64,000 nt of DNA from Lytechinus pictus (Eukaryota), in contig NC_087252.1 in the NCBI RefSeq assembly GCF_037042905.1, positions 22,446,001 through 22,510,000 of the forward strand, read 5' to 3'. The notes below the pieces were generated by a model that was not told where the DNA came from, searched no databases, and worked only from the letters and a program-made list of their open reading frames with translations. Of the stretch, positions 51,471 to 63,083 are shown piece by piece. Position numbers and translations under genes: made by a program. Position 1 is the first letter of the stretch. Each line of letters begins with the position of its first letter.

Positions 51471-54400
51471 ATGGCGGCTCTAATCGACATTCGTCTCAAG
51501 AAAGCCAATAAGATATATAACGAAGGGGTAAGTTTTTAACTTATGTCATGACATGCATTGCTACAATTATCTTTCATCATAAAATTGGGCCGTAAAACTT
51601 TGTACAGTCCCGCGTGCTGTATTTTCTGTCGGTAGATAATTGACATGTCTAACTTGGTCAAAAGTGCAGCCGCTTACATGCTTATCACTCATTCAATGAA
51701 CAAGGTTATGATGCCGCTCATCCAAAATGTCGTGCACAAGGCAGATAACCTTGTTGTCAGTTATGACTCCCTGTGTGGTCACTGTGGAGAAATGAGGTTG
51801 GCAATGCATGTTTCATTGTTTGGAAATTGAATTGGCTTATTCATTGTCATTGTTATTCAGAATTCTTGCGGAATCTTGGCCCTTGTTTGGGGGATTATTA
51901 AAATAAATGCTTGATTTTTTCACAGTCCCAGCACTTTAGACTGATCTAAAGACGTTAGATCTAACGTTTACGAGTAACGTGTCAAGGCTCATTCATTAAT
52001 TAGAGTCTAGAATTCGGTGAAAATTAAACTCAATAGACTCTAGACTAGACCTAATCTTTCTAAATTATAAGTAGATCTAAATCTGCATGTAGACTAGATC
52101 AAGGCCTAGAGAGTGTTTTGTGTAATTTAGACCACTGCACTTTCCACCAACAGAGGGCCCACACAAATATATCCTCAAAATGCGATCTGGGCCTGGGGTT
52201 AGTTTTGCAACACCGGAACAAGTTGAGTCATATTTTATCCACCAATCACGAAGTTAGCTCCAATCTTACTAAACCTGTTTCGTGAAAGGCTAACCAACAA
52301 GAATTCCTTGGCTTGATATTGATACTGTGGCGTAACCGAGCTCTGTCGGGGTAGCGTTCTGCCGTCTCGCAGTCTCCAGAACCCAGTCCACGCTTCTCCT
52401 CACTCTTATATCTCTTTTTGGGCAGGTTCGCTCACAAAAGTCTATTGTGCAACGTGGTACACTCTCTCATTCCTCTGAATACACCAGATCATCTGCTCAC
52501 TCACCCTAAATCATGCAAATGAAGCAACTTGGGAGATATTCAGTATACAGCTCAACTTGATTTATTCGGAGCTTACATCTTACAACCGCACGCCACCGCA
52601 GCTCCCAGCAAACTGACGTACTTCTCCAATAATCGCAAAGCATATCACAACAAAAAATATCGCCCTCTACGACTAAACTATGAAATACATCTTAAAGGTA
52701 TAACTCATTATGCTACACAGCCCCTCCCCAAGTCTGGGCTGTCCTCGGACCAGGTATATTAACAACAAAGCATAGAAATGAATTTCTTTAAATGTTATCT
52801 CGCTCTTCCCAGAACAGAAGTATAGAAAACATTAAAACATCGTTAATAGTATACAGGTTTATACATTGGCATAGTACATAAAGGAAGTAGCGTTCTTACA
52901 TTAACAACCAAAGTAATCTATATACAGAAACAGATTGAAAGAGAGTTGTATTGAGATCAGGAAAATATCGAGATGAGAATGATATAAGGAAGGTTAGAAA
53001 ATAGGAATAAGGAAAACATGGAAGCAAGAAATATAAAGCATACATCAAGGCATAAAACAACATTTTGAATACAAAAATCAAATGCGTGAGAGTCTTTTAC
53101 TGTTTCTGGCACAAAGTAATACATAGCGAAAGTTCTGTCCAATATCTATTCTGCGGATTTGTAAGTGCTAGAGGATTTCTTCTTGGGGTTTCTTTAAGGC
53201 GCATGTCTAGAACTACTTTTCATCATCTCGATCTCTCTCTAAAGACTTCTTTGGAGGCCAAGGCGTTACCCTGTCGTAACAATCAGCGAATGTGCATTCA
53301 TTCCAACGCAATTCCTACGAAATATCTATCTGAAGAGCAACATCACATGCCAGGTTACATTCCGAGTTTCCGACCTTGGTCACACTCCTACTTCCTGTAG
53401 AGTATGTCTTGCTTCATCTCTAGCTGCGAATCCTCCAATAGGACTTCGCCACACTAGACTTTGAAGCCACCTTTGACCAATCGGGCCGGCCGACTGACTG
53501 ATGCTCTGCTTCCAAGATCTACCTGATTGAAGGTTCTTTCTGTTGGTAACTGCTCATTGCTGATGTCAAGTTCCACGGCAACCACCCTTGCCTCTGCAAA
53601 GATCCAACCAAGTGCCCGATGATCCGTCCTGATCTCCGCCCATAGAAGTTCTGTTGCGGCTCCGAAATACTACCATGGCCCATGACTCTTTATGAGCCCC
53701 ATAGTAATTTTTTCTCTGCTTTCTGAATGCAGTACCCCACTAGCATAGGATATGACTTGCTCCTTCCCAACATAGGACAGCTCCAGTTCCCTCGTTGCTA
53801 GTATCTGCATATCCAACAAGTACTTCTCTTCGACGTTCAGAGATCCCCATCTCCACGCTGCACTTATCCTCCAAGGAATTTCAGATCCATTCTTCATAGC
53901 CACTCATCGTAGGCGCTATACATGTACATGTATAAGTGCTATCCACGCTGTCGTCTAAACACCGACTCAATAGGCGCTATTCACCCACGTGTATAGGCGC
54001 TCTCTTGCCTCTCTCCAGGCACCCTTCCTAGCTGCTATACATTAACGTGCATGGGCGCTACCTCCGCCACACACACTCCGGGCGCTGTTCACCAACGCGT
54101 GTATTGTAGACGCTCTCTCTTGCCTCTCTCCAGGCAATCTTCATAGGCGATATACGTGGCGCTCCCTGTAATATAAGTTGTCTGAGCTTCCAATACCACG
54201 TTGTTCAATCCCACCGCGGCCACCAGTGTGGCGTAACCGAGCTCTGTCGGGGTAGCGTTCTGCCGTCTCGCAGTCTCCAGAACCCGGTCCACGCTTCTCC
54301 TCACTCTTATATCTCTTTTTGGGCAGGTTCGCTCACAAAAGTCTATTGTGCAACGTGGTACACTCTCTCATTCCTCTGAATACACCAGATCACCCGCTCA

Positions 54401-57043
54401 CTCACCCTAAATCATGCAAATGAAGCAACTTGGGAGATATTCAGTATACAGTTCAACTTGATTTATTCGGAGCTTACATCTTACAACCGCACACCACCGC
54501 AGCTCCCAGCGAACTGACGTACTTCTAAAATAATCGCAAACCATATCACAACTAAAATTATCGCCCTCTACGATTAAACTATAAAATACATCTTAAAGGT
54601 ATAACTCATTATGCTACAATACTATTGGCAGAAAGAGCAGGCAAGACATAGCTCCTAGTCACAAAATAGCATATTTTTCAAAAACCATAATGATGATTAA
54701 ACTGCAATTATTGTGATGAATCAGGAAATAAATCAAATTAAAATAACAGCAGATGCTACATGTAAATATGCATCATATATTCTTAACCCATGGAGACTGG
54801 AGCATTCAATTGCAGAGAAAATGAAATTATGAATAATTCATTTCATGATTTAAAAATCACATGATCATGGACGTTGAGATGGGTACATGTACCCCCCGGA
54901 TATCAGATTTTAATAAATTGTGGAAGTAAGCCATAAAAGTTTCTTAATTGCAAAAATGATGATAATTATATGCTTTTTTATTTCAAACCCCATCAAAACA
55001 TGGTATAAAAAAAATCTTTTGATACCAAAACGTTTGGGCATTTTCACCATGTAGGCCTATTTCTGTAAAATCAAGAAAAAAAGTGGGAACTGTTTAATAT
55101 CAACGAATGAGAAATAAGGATCAGATTGCACCAGTGATCATCTCGAAACACACGGCTTCCAGGGGCCTTAGTGCCCTCGAGATGCGCATTACATGCACAT
55201 AATTTGACCTCACTTGCAAATTGTACTTCTGATTTCCAAAAATTTACTGCTAGAATCTGAACCACACCCCAAAATACATATTTTACAATAATATAGGCCT
55301 ACAGTTATTAATTCAATTCAATTTATTTCCACTTTAAAAAGCAACAATATAGGCCTACAGTTATTAATTCAATTAAATTTATTTCCACTTTAACCCTAAC
55401 TAGGCCGGGCTTTTTTGGCTGTTCTGTGGCCGGGGGGGGGGGGGGGGGGGGGGTTGATTCAACCCCCCCCTGAGATCTCGGCCGCTGATTGCGCGAGCGC
55501 CGCAAAAATTTGCACGCTGGTAGTGTGCGATGTAATCTACAAGGCTGTATGGTAAAATTTTCCAAAATAATGAGATGTTATTTTATATGAATTAATTATG
55601 CTAATTTATGCATAAATCATACTTTTTGCTCTAATTCACTAAATAAAGCTCCTAGAATGCTAATTTTTGGTTAAAATATTCTTTGTAGCATTCTTAACAA
55701 TGGTAATTGAAAAAAACTTAGGTTTGGAAATCAATTTCTTATGTATTTTATTGTTTTATGAATTTCTTATGTATTTCATTGTTTTTCAACCTTTTGTTTT
55801 TCTTTGTTTTTTTCACCAGATTTATTGCACAACCTTTTTGAAGCATAATTATGCTAAAATCAATTGCTTTCAGCTGTTTAAAGTAAAAATAATCATATCT
55901 TTATGAATAAGATGAGAAAACTCGATTTGCATTGACTTTGTACACAAAATCACGTTTTGGAACAATTTTTGGTCTGACACGCACTTACAAAATGTTGCGT
56001 AATTTCGGAACCACGTACCCGGGCGTCGTAAATTTGGTCTCAAAAGATGCGCGAGACTTAAAAGTATAAACTCTGCGATTGCCGCGGTCAAAAAATTTCG
56101 CGCGGCGGAATAATCGCAGAAAATGTTGAGGGGGGGGGTTGATTCAACCCCCCCCCCCCCCCGGCCATTTTAGGGTTAAAAAGCAGCAATATACAAATCA
56201 ATACAATGTTCAATATATCTCAATACTAATATAGTGGGGGATCATAAAAGCACAAATAATGGCTTATTAAAATGACCCCTTACAGAACAAGTAAACATGC
56301 AAAGATAAAATAACACAAATGACAACAATGTATAATACAAAATAAAGGAGGGCAAGAACAAAAGGAAGAAGATAGAAAGGAAACATTTGGTATATGTGAG
56401 TTTTGAATCAATCAGTTAAATTAAATAGGAGGTATCTTTTATACAGACGTTTAAATTGTTTTTCAGTCCTAATATAAAATTTTTAGATTATTAGAGTTTA
56501 TAAGAAAAATATTGCTTCTTTATTTCTGAAGGATGTACTTGCAGGAGTGATTGTCATACAAACAAAGACTGAGTTTCAACATCAAGGAATAACATTGGTC
56601 GCTGACGGATCGGTTAATCTTCAACTTAGCAGTAAAAGCGTTGGTCACTTTGAGGCATTCTACAACTCTATCAAGGTAATTAAAAAATAATAATTTGCAG
56701 TTTATGATATAAGTAAAGGGGAAGTTCACCTTTACGATAAGTTGGTTTAGATAAAAGCAGAAAAATGTAATACTGTAGGGAAAATATTTGGGAAGTTTTG
56801 ATGGAAATCCTTCATACAGTATATTTTGAAAGGTTTCACTTTCTGATTCCCTCATATACCCATGGTAGATCGTACCCCCCCCCCCCCCCTCCCCACATAT
56901 TCAACTTTCAGTTTTGAAAAGTAGCATTTAACAAAAATGTATAATACATGACATAGGAATGGACTGTTTGATGCTGCTGATGCCACTGCTACTACTACTC
57001 CTACTATTACATTTACAGTAATTTACTTAAGTAGTATTAGTAT

Positions 57044-57076
<33 letters not shown>

Positions 57077-60000
57077 CAGTAATAGTAGTAGCAGTAGTAT
57101 TAGTAGAAGTAGTAGTAGTAGTAGTGGTACAACTACTACTTCAACTACTTTTCCTTTTCCTTTTATACTTCTCTTACTTTTACCAATACTATCAAGACTA
57201 CTGCTACTACTACTACTACTACTACCATTATTACTACTGCCTCTACTACCACTTCTACTACTACTACTTCTACTACTACTACTACTGGTACTACTACTTT
57301 ACATCTGGGATAATAATAATAATAATAATATGTCCATTTATATAGTGCAGTTACTATGTGCATATACTCAACTGCGCTTTGATACTTGGTATCATATTAT
57401 TACCCCGGCTGTAGCTAAGCCGCCATATTAATAGGCGCTAAAGCGTTCAAGGAATAATTCCTGCCGGGTACCCATTCACCTCACCTGGGTCGAGTGCAGC
57501 ACAATGTGGATGAATTTCTTGCCGAAGGAAATTACGCCATGGCTGGGATTCGAACCCACGACCCTCTGTTTCAAAGTACGAAGACTAATCCACTGGGCCA
57601 CAACGCTCCAGAAGATGATGATATTACATATATATATATATGAAAGGTAATGATAAAAATGCACTGTAGTGGAATTACACATATTGTGAACCTTTCTTTT
57701 TTTCTCTATCTCTCGCTGTCCAGCCCATTCAACTTCTGACGGTTTCACTTAATGCTGCCAAGCCAGGCAAAATCCCAGCAGGAAAGACGGAAATACCCTT
57801 CGAAGTGCCACTGAAAGCCAAACTCAACAAAACCCTCTATGAAACTTACCATGGTGTGTTTGTCAACGTTCAGGTCAGTATTTAGCACGCAAGTTCTGGT
57901 AACATTTCTTTCAATGTGTTAATTTGTATTTATGTTATTAAATGTTATTATACATGTTTGTCATGATGTTATTATTTCTTCCTGTTGGAAAGTAATTAAA
58001 TTGAATTTAGATGCATTTATTTGTTAACAACCTAAAGATTGTTTCTTTGAGACAGGGAAAATTTGAACACATTCTTTTCTTCTGTAATTAGTTCTGGAGA
58101 AAGAATTAAAAAAAGAGGAGGAGAAGGAGGAACAAGAAGAAGGTGATGGAGAATGAGAAGGGAACGGAGGAAAATAAGAAGGATGGGGAGGAGGAGGAGA
58201 AGAAGGGAAAAGAGAAGAGAATAGGAAGGGAAGATGGATTTTGAAGTAGATTTAGGAAGAAGGAGAATGATGAAAGAGTTCCTGACAAGCTGGATGTTAT
58301 TAAAGATCAATGTAGACCTTGCCTAATTAATAGTTTACCAAGGGCGTGGCTGGTTTGAGCATAGGGAGGTGCACATCTTGGGAAGATGGAACTAAAGTGA
58401 TAAGGGGGGTGCACATCTTGGGGAGGTGGAACTAAAGTGGTATGGGGGGTGCACATCCTGGGGAGGTGGAACTAAAGTGGTAAGGGGGGTGCACATCCTG
58501 GGGAGGTGGAACTAAATGATAAGGGGGGTGCACATCCTGGGGAGGTGGAACTAAAGTGGTAAGGGGGTGCACATCCTGGGGAGGTGGAACTAAAGTGGTA
58601 AGGGGGTGCACATCCTGGGGAGGTGGAACTAAAGTGGTAAGGGGGGTGCACATCCTGGGGAGGTGGAACTAAAGTGGTAAGGGGGGTGCATGTCTTGGGG
58701 AGGTGGAACTAAAGTGGTATGGGGGTGCACATCCTGGGGAGGTGGAACTAAAGTGGTAAGGGGGGTGCACATCCTGGGGAGGTGGAACTAAAGTGATAAG
58801 GGGGGTGCACATCCTGGGGAGGTGGAACTAAAGTGGTAAGGGGGGTGCATGTCTTGGGGAGGTGGAACTAAAGTGGTATGGGGTGCACATCTTGGGGAGG
58901 TGGAACTAAAGTGGTATGGGGTGCACATCTTGGGGAGATGGAACTAAAGTGGTATGGGAGGTGCACATCTTGGGGAGGTGGAACTAAAGTGGTATGGGGG
59001 TGCACATCTTGGGGAGGTGGAACTAAAGTGGTATGGGGGTGCACATATTGGGGAGGTGGAACTAAAGTGGTAAGGGGGTGCACATCCTGGGAAGGTGGAA
59101 CTAAAGTAGTAAGGGGGTGCACATCTTGGGGAGGTGGAACTAAAGTGATAAGGGGGGGTGCACATCTTGGGGAGGTGGAACTAAAGTGGTATGGGGGTGC
59201 ACAACTTGGGGAGGTGGAACTAAACTGGTAAGGGGGGTGCACATCCTGGGAAGCTGGAACTAAAGTAGTAAGGGGGTGCACATCCTGGGAAGGTGGAACT
59301 AAAGTGGTATGGGGGTGCACATCCTGGGAAGGTGGAACTAAAGTAGTAAGGGGGTGCACATCTTGGGGAGGTGGAACTAAAGTAGTAAGGGGGTGCACAT
59401 CTTGGGGAGGTGGAACTAAAGTGGTATGGGGGGTGCACATCCTGGGAAGGTGGAACTAAAGTAGTAAGGGGGTGCACATCTTGGGGAGGTGGAACTAAAG
59501 TAGTAAGGGGGTGCACATCTTGGGGAGGTGGAACTAAAGTGGTATAGGGTGCACATCTTGGGGAGGTGGAACTAAAGTGGTATGGGAGGTGCACATCTTG
59601 GGGAGGTGGAACTAAAGTGGTATGGGGGGTGCACATCTTGGGGAGGTGGAACTAAAGTGGTATGGGGTGCACATCTTGGGGAGGTGGAACTAAAGTATTA
59701 AGGGGGTGCACATCTTGGGGAGGTGGAACTAAAGTGGTATGGGGGGTGCACATCTTGGGGAGGTGGAACTAAAGTGGTAAGGGGGGTGCACATCTTGGGG
59801 AGGTGGAACTAAAGTTTTAAAAATCAGCTGTTGAAAACGGAAGAAGGGGTACAAATTTTGTGTTGCTTGCCAGTGTCGGAACTCCTGTGCCTCAGCAGGA
59901 GGGTGCGCCCCCTCCTCCCAGCCTACGCCCTTGTTTACCTTTAGTTTTTTTTTATGATCACAGTACACATTAAAGGCCCAGGTGAAACGCTCTCTCCTTG

Positions 60001-60119
60001 CCAAGGATCTGGTGAAAACGACAGAATTCATCATTGAATACAGGGACCAGAAGGTCAAAGCGGAACTCAAGCCTGTACCATTCTCCATCACGCCACAGTC
60101 CCTACAGAACGTCAAAGAT
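51471..60119 (+). CDS. VPS26C: Vacuolar protein sorting 26C (DSCR3, retriever subunit), first 4 coding exons; gene continues beyond the window
   Basis: join(51471..51527,56532..56675,57724..57873,59964..60119), all phase 0, GT-AG: MAALIDIRLKKANKIYNEG|DVLAGVIVIQTKTEFQHQGITLVADGSVNLQLSSKSVGHFEAFYNSIK|PIQLL...GKTEIPFEVPLKAKLNKTLYETYHGVFVNVQ|YTLKAQVKRSLLAKDLVKTTEFI...FSITPQSLQNVKD. Strongly resembles human DSCR3. Confidence 0.95.
52326..54618 (-). mobile_element. 2.3-kb non-autonomous Gypsy-type LTR retroelement in VPS26C intron 1
   Basis: 392-bp LTRs 52326-52717 and 54227-54618 (TG..CA, ~97% identical); 4-bp TSD ATAC; PBS TGGTGGCCGCGGTGGGAT (tRNA-Leu-like) at 54208-54225; PPT at 52718-52731; RNase H relic VISYASGVL...IRTDHRALGWIF. 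Confidence 0.9.
55394..56175. mobile_element. piggyBac-like non-autonomous element
   Basis: TTAA TSD; CCCTAA..GGCCGG / CCGGCC..TTAGGG ends; a local 57-bp tandem duplication just upstream preserves the empty TTAA site. Confidence 0.85.
56985..57298. repeat. (TAG)n followed by (TAC)n microsatellites
   Basis: Direct reading. Confidence 0.9.
57310..57609 (-). mobile_element. tRNA-derived SINE with (TTA)n tail
   Basis: Minus-strand TGGCCCAGTGG / GGTTCGAATCCC boxes; body related to 15318-15671. Confidence 0.75.
58339..59933. mobile_element. MITE carrying an internal 39-40-bp G-rich minisatellite
   Basis: Ends CAAGGGCGT(A)GGCTGG / CCAGCCTACGCCCTTG; TSD TTTAC. Confidence 0.65.
58362..59814 (+). 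repeat. 39-40-bp minisatellite, about 37 copies
   Basis: Unit GGGGGTGCACATCYTGGGGAGGTGGAACTAAAGTGGTAW. Confidence 0.95.
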
Positions 60120-60148
60120 GTGAGCATGAAAATGTTAAATTCCTATCA

Positions 60149-60766
60149 TTTTTGTCTCACCTGCATAGCAGTGTGAGACTACAGGCGCCGCTTTTCCGAC
60201 GGCGGCGGCGTCAACATCAAATCTTAACCTAAGGTTAAGTTTTTGTCAATGAACTTTGGCCGAATGGGGGTATCTGTTGAATTACCATCATAACTTTGAA
60301 AGTTTATGGATCTGATTCATGAAATTTGGACATAAGAGTAATTAAGTATCGCTGAACATCCTGTGCGCATTTCAGGTCACATGACCAAGGTCAAAGGTCA
60401 ATGAACTTTGGCCGAATGGGGGTATCTGTTGAATTACCATCATAACTTTAAAAGTTTATGGATCTGATTCATGAAACTTGCACATAAGAGTAATCAAGTA
60501 TCACTGCATATCCTGTGCGAGTTTCAGGTCTTATGATCAAGGTCAAAGGTCATATAAGGTCAATGAACTTTGGCCAAATTGGGGGTATTTGTTGAATTAC
60601 CATCATATCTCTGTAAGTGTATTGGTCTAGTTCATAAAACGTGGACATAAGAGTAACCAAATATCACTGAACATCTTGTGCGAGTTACTGTAGGTTTCAA
60701 AGTCAGCACTGCTGCTATATTGAATCGTGTGACGCAGGTGAGACCGCCAGAGGCATTCCACTTGTT
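60149..60766 (+). mobile_element. Helentron-associated (HINE/Tsp/pearl-like) element 1
   Basis: subTIRs GTCTCACCTGC / GCAGGTGAGAC, (GGC)n seed, ~155-bp internal tandem repeats with GGTCAAAGGTCA, short 3' palindrome, T-rich insertion site. Confidence 0.7.
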
Positions 60767-62640
60767 AGCTCATCCGGCCCGAAGGGCCAGATGAGCTTAT
60801 GCCGTGGCGTGGCGTCCGTCGTCTGGCGTCCACAATTTCAAATTGCTTCTTCTTCGCCATTTCAAGTCCGATTTCAATTCTGTTTGCTTTTTATGATAGC
60901 ACTAGGTGGGGGATTCAAAACTTCTACACAGCATTTTGAAACTCATTAAATATGCTAATGTATGCACATTTTTTTCAAAATTCACAAAAAATGCTTCTTC
61001 TTCTTTATTTATTGACCGATTTTTAATTTTTTGCTTCCATCTGGTAGAGCTTTATGAGGTTTACCAAACTTCTACACAGAATTTTGAAATTTTGACTAGA
61101 ACAATTTTTATGCTAATTTATGCGAAATTAATTTATGCATATTTTTAAAAATTCACATAAAATGCTTCTTCTTTATTTGTTGACCAATTTAGATTTTTTT
61201 CTTCCATCTGGTAGAGCTTCATGAGGTTCACCAAACTTCTATACAGAATTTTTAAATTTGGAGTAGAAAATTATGCTAATTTATGCAAAATTCATAAATC
61301 ACAGAAAATGCCTCTTCTTTATTTGTTGACTGAATTTCAAAAGCTTCTTCTTCATCATTTCAAGTCTGATTTCAATTCTGTTTGCTTTATATTATAGCAT
61401 TAGGTAGGGGATTCAAAACTTCTACACAGAATTTTGAAACTCATAAAATATGCTATTAAATTTATGCGTATTTTTAAAAATTCAGATAAAATGCTTCTTC
61501 TTTAATTGTCGACCGATTTTGATTTTTTTTCTTCCATCTGGTAGAACTTCATGAGGTCAACCAAACTTCTGCATAGAATTTTGATATTTTCAGTACAAAA
61601 TTATATACCAATTTATGCAAAATGTATTCATAAATCACAGAAAATTCCACTTCTTCTTTATTTTTGTTCCATCTGAGAGCTACATGAGGGTCACCAAGGT
61701 TCTACACAGAGAACCTTTTTAGGCAATTTGCTTCCTCTTTTTCACATATACAGATTTTTTTTCTTTCCTACTATATAGTCTTATGTTTTTTCCCGTCACA
61801 CCTAGCGGATTACCATATCAGTTACACCATATGTGTATATATTTATATATTTTTTCATATACATTTCTTTTTTGGATATATTTATATACATATCACTTAT
61901 AGATACATATTTACACTTACCTTCTTCTCTTAGTTTGTTTAATGCTTTATCATATATACTTATATGTCTTTTGCACATTATCAGTTGTTCCCCATTCTTT
62001 TTCTTCTTCCCCCCCCCCCCCTCTTATGCACCAGTTTATTAAGCCTTTCTTTGTAACCTGTTTGACCCACCTCTCACTAATTCTCTAGTTATTCATCCCT
62101 CTATCACTGTTTTGTTCCAGATCCTGTTTGATGTTGCCTGCCTCATTATCTTAATCCCTCTTGGCCTTACTTACACTAACTTCCCTTTGTGTCTGCCTAC
62201 TCCTTTTCTTTCATCCCCTTCACTAACCTGATTGGTCTTCTCTACTCACTAATGCCCCTTTTGTCTCCTTGTTTCTAGTGTTGCTGTAGCTTGTTTGTGG
62301 TCTATATTATGGTTGTTCCACTTTATATGTTTGTCATTTTGCCTCCGACGAAGATTCTGCTAGGATCGAAAGCTTAGGCCCCTTTTTGACTTTATAATTT
62401 ATGTTCTACACAGAGTTTAGAAATTTTGACTAGAAAATTATTTATGCTTAATTTATATGAAATTTATTCATAGATCACAAAAAATGCTTCTATGTCATTT
62501 CTTCATCAATTTCAATTCTATATCCTCAATTTATGTCACCAATGTAATTCACTACAGTGTCAACTGGGCTGAAATTAAAATTGTGTTAAATTTTGTGGCG
62601 AGATGCCGGATGAGCTCCACATCGTTGATGTGCTACTTGG
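60765..62640 (+). mobile_element. Helentron-associated element 2
   Basis: subTIRs AGCTCATCCGGC / GCCGGATGAGCT, 5' internal inverted repeat, ~167-bp tandem repeats, 3' palindrome CACATC-GTT-GATGTG; interrupted at ~61720-62395. Confidence 0.7.
62341..62379 (+). ncRNA. Penelope-type minimal hammerhead ribozyme-like motif (variant core)
   Basis: GCCT-CCGACGA-A-GATTCT.GCT.AGGATC-GAA-AGCT-T-AGGC: stem I, core with U4C, stem II, palindromic stem III. Confidence 0.5.
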
Positions 62641-63083
62641 ATTTCATATTCCTGCGTTTTACTCCTTATATACAATCTAAAATAATAAAAAGCAATTGCC
62701 AGAGTTATTTAGTTATTTTATTATGTGCCCCACTGCCCCTTGTTCCAAGGGAAATGCATTATTCCAAGTGGATATTAGACAAAATTTATATAGCCTAATA
62801 TAACTGGACATAAAACACAACAGATCGCAATTAGACTAAATGGTTGTAGACAATTTAGCATTAGACCGTTCATGAAAAGAAATGGAAAGACAACAATGTA
62901 GACCAATAATTCATTGAAATTATTGCAGTCGATTAAATTTGGAAAGTGAAGTGGGGTCAGAAAAGAAATATTACTGGCATGTTCTTAATACAGAGATACC
63001 AGACTGTTGCTTGATCTCATGTAAATATCATAAGATTTTCCTTATCAGGCTTTTCAGCCTTTATAGTGTACAACACCTAAATA

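Noticed and set aside
58362..59814. CRISPR-like array and Pro-rich ORFs (TTLVPPPQDVHP repeats)
   Set aside because: Units are contiguous with no unique spacers, no cas genes and a eukaryotic intronic context; the ORFs are translations of the minisatellite.
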